Of a stretch of 64,000 nt of DNA, positions 9,881 through 20,159 are shown piece by piece (position 1 is the stretch's first letter; each line of letters begins with the position of its first letter). Position numbers and translations under genes: made by a program. The notes below the pieces were generated by a model. It saw nothing but the letters and a program-made list of their open reading frames with translations, ran no database searches and was not told where the DNA came from. Source of the stretch: Callorhinchus milii. Its lineage: Eukaryota. The DNA lies in contig NW_024704771.1 of the NCBI RefSeq assembly GCF_018977255.1, positions 2,294,001-2,358,000 on the forward strand, written 5' to 3'.

Positions 9881-10519
9881 TGGTATTAGTGGGGCCTGGA
9901 TGGGTCGGTTCAACAACAGCGACTTGCATTTACGTAGCGCGCGCTCACTCTGGGCAGTCGGTATCTTGTCTTGCCTGGCGTTCCACTCTCTGAATTATTC
10001 CCGCATTTTTCATGAGCGGCAGCGCACGCGACCAAAGGTATAAACACTGGGTGATTGAGGCAGGCACAGCTGTATCCTGGTTATAAATTACACAACTAAT
10101 AATATAAAAGCCACCAGCTAACCCTCCCAGCTCAACCTGCTGGGCAGGAAAGCACTGACTGCACTGTATAACTGGCAGCCAAACAAAGTAAATATACTTT
10201 ACTGAATTCTGTGAGTGTTTTAATGTTAACCGGTCAGTGAACATTGCTTCAAGTGAAACAGCATTATCAGGTATTATTATAAGGTGTCGGTGAGCTGCTC
10301 CGCTCGGCAGGAATGGTGTTCGGGTAACCTGGGACACCTCTTATATTGGACAAAATGTCCAACCAGCAGCCACCCTCCCCACCCACCAACTGGTCCATCT
10401 GATAACCAGCTTCCACTGTAATTGTATTCAATTCTGTTGATACCTATTTATACCCATTGACTGTTCAACAACATTTCCTTTTACTACTCAAACCCAAATA
10501 ATCTTCAAATACTATTGAC

Positions 10520-11300
10520 ACTATTGACATCCAATCGTCACCACAGATAACCGACGCCATCTCCTCCTCCTCGTGTGAAGCTCTTCCTGCGGGAGGTAAG
10601 ACAGCAGCTGCCGGGACTCGCTCCTCGAGCACTGTCCGCCCTTCCCGCACTTGTGTGGTGTGTGCGGTAAACCAGTGACCCCCAGGACCCGCTGTGTGTG
10701 GCGGCCACTGTGTCCCTTCACACACTTCCCGCCTGTGGCAGGTGGTCAGACCGCGGCTCTCAGGCCCAGAGCCGTGTCCGGAGCCACTGCCTCCCGTTCC
10801 CGCTGTGTGTGTCAGTCTGTGTGAGGGGCGGTGACGGCTCCGCTGTCCTGTCACAGCCTTTGTGCGGCTTCTCTTCCCCGTTTCCCGCCTTCAGCGGCTC
10901 CCACCGGTGTGTGGAGTGTGTGGTGTCGGTGTGCGGTCACTGTGTGTGTGTGTTGGGGTCCGGGGGGGGAGCGCGGGGTCGGTCCTCCGCTCCTCACTTA
11001 CCGACTCTCGCGCTCTTCTCGGGTCCTGACCCCCAAAGCGCTGTCACGCGGTGTCGGCACATGCGCACTGTTCCCGCCGCTCTCCGTCTCTCGCGGCCCC
11101 GCCTTCCCGCGCGTGCGCGCTGTGTCCCGTCTCCAACCGTCACTCGTTCCCGCGCTCCCGCGCTTTCCCGCCCGGGACCAGACTCGGGAAGGTGCGCATG
11201 CGCGGGGGGAGGGCGGGAACATTCCAGAAGCGCCGAAGGGCAGAAAAGTGCTCGAGCGACGGTCCCTCTGACACCTCCGCCCCAACTGGTGAGAATATGG
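10520..11300 (-). promoter_or_regulatory. CpG-island-like promoter with a putative non-coding first exon on the - strand
   Basis: High CpG density, an NRF1 palindrome tgcgcatgcgc near 11194-11204, GC boxes, and a - strand donor GTAAGT (acttac near 10997-11002). Confidence 0.5.
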
Positions 11301-11514
11301 TATAAAGTCACTATAGTCAACAGCAATGGCACATATACTGTTATATATATTACATATTCAGTGGGAAATCCTTTCATAGAAGATCAAATCACTTATTGTA
11401 TTTAATGACATTAAATACATTATTATTATCTGTGACTATCAACAGCTTCACATCAAAGGGGTTTTCTACACCAACACCGAGATTCCCAACTCGGCGGCCG
11501 TGTGGCCATGAGCC

Positions 11515-11825
11515 CCGGGGGGGGGGGGGGGTCAGGGGGTGAGGGTCAGGGGGTGAGGGTCAGGGGTGTGTGTGTGGGGGTGAGGGTCAGGGGTGAGTGT
11601 GTCAGGGGGTGAGGGTCGGGGTGAGGGTTAGCGGTGTGTGTCGGGGTGAGGGTCAGGGGTGTGTGGGTCGGGGGGTGAGGGTTAGGGGTGTGTGTGTCGG
11701 GGGGTGAGGGTCAGGGGGGTGTGTTTCAGGGGTGAGGGTCAGGGGTGTGTGTCAGGGTGTGAGGGTTAGGGGTGTGTGTGTGTCAGGGGGTGAGGGTTAG
11801 GGTTGTGTGTATTAGGGAGGACTGG
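11515..11825 (+). repeat. G-rich repeat built from TGAGGG/TCAGGG/TTAGGG telomere-variant-like units
   Basis: ggggtgagggtcaggggtgagggtcagggg...gagggttaggg directly visible. Confidence 0.85.
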
Positions 11826-12005
11826 GGGGGGGGTTCTGCTCAGCTTGAACTTGTCCAGGAGGTTTTGGTCCTTGGTCACGGCTCTCTCGCCCTCGTGCAC
11901 TTCCACCAATATGCCGGGCTGGTTGTCAGAGTAGGTGATGAAGACCTGGGTCTGTTTGGTGAGGACGGTGGAGTTCCTCTTCATGAGGGTAGTCATCATG
12001 CCTGG
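11826..12005 (-). pseudogene. hsp70: Isolated HSP70 fragment (substrate-binding domain, about 60 codons)
   Basis: [60 protein letters not shown] matches the conserved HSP70 segment [58 protein letters not shown]. No start codon, splice sites or other HSP70 parts are seen nearby. Confidence 0.9.
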
Positions 12006-12327
12006 CATTTGATATATTGCCTTATGTCTTCGAGTCATCTGAAAGCACTTGACAGGATATACTGTAAAGTGAATTGACTTTGTGTTTCGTGAGAGAAATG
12101 CAGCAGCCAATTGTGCACAGCAGTGTCCACAAACAGTCATGGATTCAGTGACCAAATTACTATCATTTTATTACCACCAGAAAGTGGTCTGCCAATCGAC
12201 TACTTAATGCTTGGTTAGCAATCACTTGGAGAAAGGAAATCTGCCCGCCTTTTGCCCTGCCCAATAATCGATCCAAGGTCCTCTCCCTTGCAAGGCGAGT
12301 GCTCTAACCACTGAACTGCAGGACACC
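12004..12327 (-). mobile_element. tRNA-Ala-like-headed SINE
   Basis: Head cttgcaaggcgagtgctctaaccactgaactgcaggac in reverse, with the SINE body and tail. Confidence 0.75.
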
Positions 12328-13589
12328 NAAAAAACTCTTATTGCCTTATCATGTTGTCAAGATGTCTCAAAGCGCCTCACAGAATATATTGCAAAGTGAA
12401 TTGACTGTATACTTTGAGGGTGAAACACAGCAGCCAACTGTATACAGCATCGTCCCACAAACAGTTGTGGACTGAGCAATCAAATTATTCTTTTATTTAT
12501 TTATTTTTTGAATAATATAATTGTATAATCATGGGAGCAAGTGGAGCCTGGCAAGAACTGGTGCGATGGGGGACTGAGTTTCCTATGGGTGAGTATCCGG
12601 ATGGCAGAAATTTTAATTAATTTTATTTCTGTATGGGGGAGATGGGGAGACCTGCGAGGACTTGACATCCTTAAATAAATATATCTGAACTACACTGGAA
12701 CCTTCTCCATATGTTTGGAGGCTGTTCCTGCCTGAGACAATTTGTCTTTGTCAAGATTATTATTGTCGGTTTACTGTGAACATTGGGGTGAAGTTTCCCA
12801 GTTAAAAACACTATCTGCCGGCAGTAACGCGGTACTGCAGGTTTATACATTTAACGCTATCTGTGGCCCCACTGTCATGGTAATCTACAGTAACTTTCAG
12901 CAAATGATTCTATTCCTCAAATTACACCACAACATCCATCAGGATAAATGAGTGAAAGGTAAATCTATTTTTCTGTCTGTAATAAAGTGTTTTATTTTTC
13001 AGTCAATTCACTTTACATAATATTCTGTGAAGCGCTTTGAGGATAAAATTCAAAATCCTTATCCTTACTTTCAAAGCCCTCCACGCAAAATATATATGCA
13101 AACAACTTTACAATATATTCTGTGTTGTGCTGAGACGGCAGGTGGTGAGGCCTAGAGGATCTCACGCCCCCCTCCAATCTATTACCATCACCTGTTTAAG
13201 AGGAGCTGGAAAGTGCAAGCCCTGATCCCTTAGGAGGACCACAGACAGTCCTCCCAAACGCCCCAACAGACAGGCCCCTCTTGCTCATGAGTCAGTGAGA
13301 GCCGGGCCTCAGGAAACAGTGGAAGATGTAAGCGGGGATGCCCGAAGGTTCGGTCGATGAAAGTTGGGCGAGGTTGGTTACAGACGGGCACTGGCAGGGC
13401 AAGAAATTTCAAACCTCCCGCCAGTACATCAGGTGCGAGAGAGGCCATGGGCGGATGAATAAGTGGCGGTGAGTGACCGGTGAGGCGAACGTTCAGCAGA
13501 TTCAGGCGCGGAGGCGCCATTTCAAATTCCCCACTGAAACGCGGCCGAACTCGCTGACAGACATCACATCCAGGTGCCATTTTCAAATC

Positions 13590-15360
13590 AATCCGTGTAA
13601 CCCGCTGTCATTACACCCCCCCTCAAAAACCGCCCTCCATCCCTCTAATCTCTCACAAACATACCACTCCGCCCTCACCTCCGCCAAATCGTTCTTCTAC
13701 TCCAAGATAATCTTGGAAGAGAATGAAAACCCCAGGCTCCTGTTCATCAACACCAACTGGCTCCTCCACCTGCCCTCCCACACCTCGCCCATTCTCTCCT
13801 CAAGCTCTGACTGAGAAGCGATGCTGGATTTCCTCAAATCAAAAATCCAGGGATCCATTCAGCTGCCTCCACCTTCCCAACTGCCCTCCCTCCCCTTCTC
13901 CCCCACGCGCCCACACACTCTGACCCCTACCTAAAAGCTCCTTCCACATTTTGTGAACCTGTCTCCCCCGCCTCTCTCATCACCAACATATCCAGCTTGA
14001 AACACATTAACTTGACCCCCCATCCGCATACTTCTCTTTATCTTCCAGTTCCACTTCCTCGCTCCTCGACACTCCAACACCATCAATTGCTCCCTATCAT
14101 CTGGCACTGATCCCATCCTCCAAAAAACAGCTACAATCACCGCCATCCTGAACAAACCTTCCCTGGACCCATCCCTGCTTTCTAACTACCGGCCCATCTA
14201 CAACCTTCCTTTTCTTTCCAAGGTACTTGAAAGTGTTGTTGCTTCCCAGCTTCGTCCTCTCCTTGCCTACCAGTCACTTCACGACCCCCTCCAATTGGGT
14301 TTCCATGCTATTAGGAGCACAGAAACTCTTCTGGTCAAGCTGACAAACAGTATTTTGTCTGTCTGTGACCAGGGCTCCCTCTGCCTCTTCATCCTCCTTG
14401 ACTTCTCTACTGTCTTCGATACCATGAACCACTCCATCTTCCTCCACCCCCTCTCCGCTCACCTCAAAATTCAAGGTTCTCCCCTTGAATGGTTCAGTGC
14501 TTATCTCTCACATGATCTTCAATTTGTCTCCGCCAAAGGTTTCACTTCCAGCCCCCGCACAGTCTCATGCTGTGTTCCTCAGGTCCCCACCTGTTCAATT
14601 TCTATGTGCTGGCACATCATCCACATGTATGGGGTCAACTTCCACATGTATATAGATGACATCCAACTGTATCTCTCTGCCTCCACCATCGATTCCAGGA
14701 CAACTGATGTCCTGACAGATTGTCAAACATCAAGTCCTGGATGAGAGCCAGCTTTCTCCAGCTGAATGTCAGTAAGATCAAGACCCTGCTGAATGGATTG
14801 CTCCAGGACCTCCGCACCTCAGGCACTGGCAGCATCAGCATCCAAGGATGCACACTCCACCTCACCAAGTCAGTCAGGATAGCTGTGTGCCTTCTTCAAC
14901 CCTCAACAGTCTTTTGCCCCCCATATACATGCAATGATCCGCTCTGTCTTTCCCCCACCTCTGCAACATTGCTTGACTCCGCAACTACCTCAACCATCAG
15001 GCCACCAAAACCCTCATACATGCATTTGTTACCTCAAGGCTCGACTACAGAATCTTGTCACCCTCCTCCACAAGCTGCAGATCATTCAGACCTCTGTAGC
15101 TCGTGTCCTCTCCCGCGCCAGGCTCCCTGACCCCATCAACCCCACCCTTGGCCAGCTCCATTTGTTCCTCATCCCTCAGAGGATAGAATTCAAAATCCTC
15201 ATTCTCAGTTTCAAGACCCTTCACGGCCTTGGCCTGTCCTATATCTCTGACCTGTTGACTCCCAAGCTGTCTGCTCCCTCTACTGATCCAGTTGTTACCT
15301 CTCTCTCCAGCCTCACAAGCTGCTCCATGTTTAAGGTTTTCTCTGTGGAGTCTCATTGAT
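13590..15360 (+). mobile_element. Degraded L2 LINE (RT region)
   Basis: Fragments read GFHAIRSTETLLVKL..LLDFSTVFDTMNHSI..NFHMYIDDIQLYLS and [16 protein letters not shown]. Confidence 0.85.
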
Positions 15361-15402
15361 TTCCCATCTCCAACCTACCTTCTTTGCCAAAGTCCTGCAA
15401 CA

Positions 15403-17340
15403 CAACAACAACAAGATTCCATCTATAGAGCGCCTTTCAAATCGGGAGGACGTCCCAAGGCACTGGACAGTTGGGTCAGGACCCGAGCAGGGGGGAAATG
15501 GTCAGGGTGAGGGGAGGGAGTGAGGAGGGGGTAGAGAGTCGAGAGGGGAGCTGAAGGCACAGTCAAAGAGAAAGGTCTTAAGACCGGCCTTGAAGGAGGA
15601 AAGGGAGAAAGCGGCGAAGGCACTGGGGGATAGACTTCCAGAGCTTAGGGGCTGAGAGACTGAAGATCTGGCCACCGATGGAAGGGCGGTTGGGGCGGGG
15701 GATGTGGAGCAGACTGGAGCCAGAGCAACGGAGGGTACGGGCAGGTAGGTAGGGGGATAGTAGGTCGGAGAGGTAGGAGGGAGCAAGTCTATGAATGGCC
15801 TTGTAGGTGAGGATGAAGATCTTGAATTCGATCCTCTGGGGGATGGGGAGCCAGTGGAGGCGAGCGAGGGTGGGAGTGATGTGGTCGCGGTGTCTGGTGC
15901 GGGACAGTACACGAGCTGCAGAGTTCTGAATGACCTGCAGTGTGGAGGGAGGGCCGGGAAGGCCGGCGAGGAGAGAGTTCCCATAGTCCAGCCTTGAGGT
16001 GATAAAGGCGTGGACCAGAGTTTCAGCCGCGTGAGGGGTGAGGTAGTGCCATAGTCTGGCGATGTTTTGGAGGTGATGGAAGGCGGTGCCAGTTGTGGTG
16101 CGGATATGAGGAAGAAAGGACAGCTCAGGGTCGAACAGAACCCCGAGGTTCCTGAATGGCTTTGAGAGGTGGAGAGTGCAGCCTTGGATGCTGATGTGGT
16201 CAGCGCCTGAGGTGCGGAGGCTCTGACGTGAGCCAATCAGGAGGGCCTCAGTTTTGCACACGTTGAACTAAAGAAAGTTGTCTCTCGTCCAGACTCGATG
16301 ACAGACAGGCAGCTGTTAGGACATCGGTGGTCGTGGAGTTGAGGGTAGAGGAGGAAAGGTAGAGTTGGGTGTCATCCAAATACATGTGGAAGTTAACCCC
16401 ATGTCTGCGGATGATGTCACCAAGGGGGAGCATATAGAGGGTGAAGAGGAGGGGACCGAGCACAGAGCCCTGAGGGACACCACACGAGACAGTGCGAGAG
16501 GTGGAGGAAAAGCCGTTTGTGGAAACAAAATGAAAACGGTGGGAGAGGTACGACCTAAACCACTCAAGGACAGGGCCTTGAAGGTTGAGGTGGGAGGACA
16601 AGCAGTGGAGGAGGATAGCGTGGTCGACCGTATCGAATGTTGCCGATAGGTCGAGGAGGACGAGGAGGCAGAGGGAGCCCTGGTCGTAGATGGTCAGGAT
16701 GTCATTGGTGACCTTGACCAGGGCAGTTTCTGTGCTACAGGCAGCACGGAAACCCGACTGAAGGGGTTCGAATAATGAATGGGTGGAAGTTGGAGGGGGA
16801 GTGACCGCGTAGCGGATTGCCTTGATTTTGGATTCAAGGAAATCCAGCATCTCCTTGCAGTGAAGGTTGGAGGAGATGACCTGCGTGGGGTGGCGGGGGC
16901 GACGTAGGAGTCAGGATGTGGTAGAAAACAGAAGCCTGGGGTTGTTCTTCGCCTCCAGGATTTTGAGGAGGTCCAGCCAGATTTGTCGGTGGACCGTTAG
17001 GCCAGATTTGAGGCAGGTGCGTTCAGCGGCCTGCACCTGGCTCTTCAGTGAGCGGAGGTGGGTGGTGAACCAGGGGGAAGAGCGAGAGTAGGAGACAGTA
17101 CGGGAGGTGATGGGGGCAAGAGTGTCGAGTGTGGAGGAGAGGGTGTTGTGGAGGAGGGTGAGAGCAGAAGAGGGGTCAGTGAGGGTTGAAGGCCAGAGGA
17201 AGAGGTGTTCAGAGGACTCCAAGGCAGCGGTTAGGGATTGTGGGGGTAACTTCTTCCAGGGGCGGTAGAAGATGGTGGTGGGTCTGGTGGACGTGGGGAG
17301 GGGGGTGGAGGTGGTGAAGGAGATGAAGTGGTGATTCATT
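15403..17340 (-). mobile_element. Relatively young L2 LINE, 3' 2 kb, frameshifted ORF2
   Basis: ORFs 16248-16850 ([36 protein letters not shown]) and 15578-16261, plus a 3' UTR and (gtt)n tail at 15403. Confidence 0.92.
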
Positions 17341-19050
17341 GCTGCAGATCAACTTCAGTCACACCTCTCCCTCCATTTCCTCTTTGAGCCCCTGCAGTCT
17401 GGTTTTTGACCTGCCCAATCTTATCTTAGCAAATGGTTTCTCCTCCCGCCCAGAAACGCGGGTACCCCAGGAGTCCATCCTTGGCCTTTTTCTTTTCCTT
17501 GTCCATATGCTCTCTCTGGGCGATGTCATCCACAGAATGGGGTAAACGTCTACATGTATGCCGATGAGACACAAGTCTACTTGCCTCCTCCAGTACCAAC
17601 TCCAGGTCCCCCGATGTTTTATCAGCTTGTCTGACAGACATCAGTCCTGCGCGTCTGAACTCCTCAACCTCTCTGGGTTCTCCCTCAGACTCTCTGAACA
17701 GTGTGTAATCTGGGCGACTGGTTCAATCCCCAGCTGTCCTTCCTCCCCCACAGCTGGTCACTGATCAGGACGGCCTGATTTCACCTTCGCCACATTGCCT
17801 GCCTTCAACTGTACCCTATCACAAATGCATCCAAACCCCTCGTGCATACGTTTTTCATCTCCCGCTTGGATTACTCAAATGCACTGCTCGCCGGTCTCCT
17901 CAGCTCCACTATTCAAATGATTCAGCTCATTCAGAACTCTTGCCACCCGCATCCTGACCCAGACCAAACTCTGCACCAATGTCTCACCAGTTCTGGCCAG
18001 GCTCCACTGACTCCCCATCACTGAACGGATCAATTTCAAGATCCTCACACTTGAGTTCAAATCACTTCACCCTCTGGCACATACCTGCCTCTCCGACCTC
18101 CTCAACTCATCAAACCACCACTCAGCACTTACGTTCGACTGGCACAGGCTTCCTGCTCGTCCCTCGCATCCTGCGCTCCACCATCGGAGGTCGCGCTTTC
18201 AACCACTATGCCTGGAAACTGTGGGTCGCTCACCCTCAGTCTCTCCGCCTTGCCCCCTCTCTACCCTTTTTCTAGTCCCCACTGAAAACCTTCCTTTTTG
18301 ACTGTGCTTACAGATCTTCCCCCACCTCAACCCGACACCAACACCTAACCCCACCCTCCGACCCCCCTCCCCCCCCTCCCCCGGCTTGGAGTGAGTCAGG
18401 CTCTGACACTCTTCCATACCATGACACCTTTGCCTTTCTCCCCATCATTAGCCAACTCTGCCACTGTCTTTCACCGCAGGCCACTGAAACCCTCATCCAG
18501 GCTCAACTGTGCAAACTCCCTGCTTTTTGGCCTCCCCTACTCCACTCTCCACAGGTTGCAGATCATTCAGAACTCTGCAGCGCACGTTCTCTCCCGCATC
18601 AGGCTCCGCGAGCCGATCACCCCCATCCTCGCCCGGCTCCACTGGCTTCCCATCCTCAGAGGATACAAGTTCAGCATCCTGGTCCTCAACATCAAACCCT
18701 CCCTGGCCTCGCTCCTCTCTACCTCTGTGACCTCCTAACCTCCACAAATCTGTCTGCTCCCTCCGCTCAGCAGGCTCTGGCCTGCTCTATGTCCACCTTG
18801 TCCGTCCCACCATTGACGCATGGGCTTCAGCCTCTCTGCTTGCACACTCTTGAACTCCATCCCTCAGTCCCTCCACCTCACCCCCTCCCTTGCCACCTTC
18901 AAAACACTCCTCTTCCACCTTTCCTTCAATTAACCTTTGATGCCTTCCCTCTCTGCCCTCCACCCCTCCTTATCCCAACCACCAGCTCGGGTGGGCAGCC
19001 CTAACATTACAGCTCCTTGAAACTTGCTGACGTGAAAGGTGCTGCGTAAA
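17340..19050 (+). mobile_element. Two tandem degraded L2 3' fragments (about 17340-18390 and 18390-19050)
   Basis: Repeated [27 protein letters not shown] motifs, with a tail at about 19025-19050. Confidence 0.8.
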
Positions 19051-19639
19051 TGTAGTTCGTTGTTCTTTGGTGTATCAAAGGGTTAGGGTTAGGGTATGTG
19101 TATCAGAGGGTGAGGAGTGTGTGTAGATTGTGTTTCATCATTGGACATAAAATGACACAACATGATTTGTAAATTGATCCAATATTTTGCAAGTGAAAGA
19201 CAATAGTTTGGATATTAATATTCAGTTGAACAGATACAGACGGGACCTCGGTTTAGTGAGGATTAAAGATCTCGCTTCTTGGGTGATTGTTACAGTGAAT
19301 GAGAAATGTTACAGATTATAAAAGCTGTCACTGAAAATACACGGTGTTTATACACAGTGAGACACGGCTGCTCACTGGGGAACAACATGTCACCTTGTTT
19401 ATAGATCCCAAAGTGATTTGGGAGATTTTAATGAGATGCCGTCAGAGCCTCATCGACCCCATACCACACCCCAGACCCCACTCTCTGGTGACAATGTGAC
19501 AATGGGAGATGTGAGGGTGTGTGTGAGAGGGATGTGAGAGTTTGTGTGGGGAAATGTGTGGATTGTGTGTGGGGGGATGTGAGGGTGTGTGTTGGGAGGA
19601 TACGAGTGTGTGGGTGGATGAGAGGCTCTTTCGACCACA

Positions 19640-20159
19640 TTAACCTGTCACTGGGCAGATTGTCAGAGGCTCAGAATTATACCAGGGATTGAACAGAGGA
19701 TAAAGTTTCTCAGTGAAAGTTTGTGTGAAAGTGTGGAGATGAGACATGTTGTCAACGTTATAAAATGATATCTGTCCCTCTTCATAGTCCAGATAAACTC
19801 CGACCTTCCCGAGTCTCACTGTCAGGGGCAGGCGGGTGGGAGGTGAAGACAGAGCATCATAGCTCTTGCCCCTCAGCCTCACCCCCAGACCCCACCCTCT
19901 GCTGACCAAGTGATTCGTTGATTCTTGTTGACAGACTCTGTGGCCAATCCCATAATCCACCATGACTTGTTGCCCACCTGCACCTCCCAGTAATGTTTCC
20001 CTGATGTGAAGCCCTCAGATCCCAGGACAATGGGATACAAACTAAACCTCTTCGGGGAGTCAGGGAGCGACTGCTGTTTGTCTCCGAGTCTCACACTGGT
20101 CCGGTCCTCAGACAGGATGAGCAGGGGATGGGCTGTGTCAGGATCCAGAGTGACTGTAA
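19640..20159 (-). CDS. B30.2 exon of butyrophilin-like gene 1, frameshifted at the G run 19882-19886
   Basis: [33 protein letters not shown], then (frame change) [34 protein letters not shown]. Confidence 0.9.

Noticed and set aside
10465-11405. GC-rich ORFs, one with a faint zinc-finger-like HKCGKG stretch
   Set aside because: Cys/His spacing does not fit C2H2 or RING. Long ORFs are expected in CpG islands.
12328-12328. Single ambiguous base N at a SINE 5' junction
   Set aside because: Assembly artefact. Noted only as a sign that single-base lesions elsewhere need confirmation.
19080-19096. (TTAGGG)2 interstitial telomere seed
   Set aside because: Too short to distinguish from chance next to an L2 tail.
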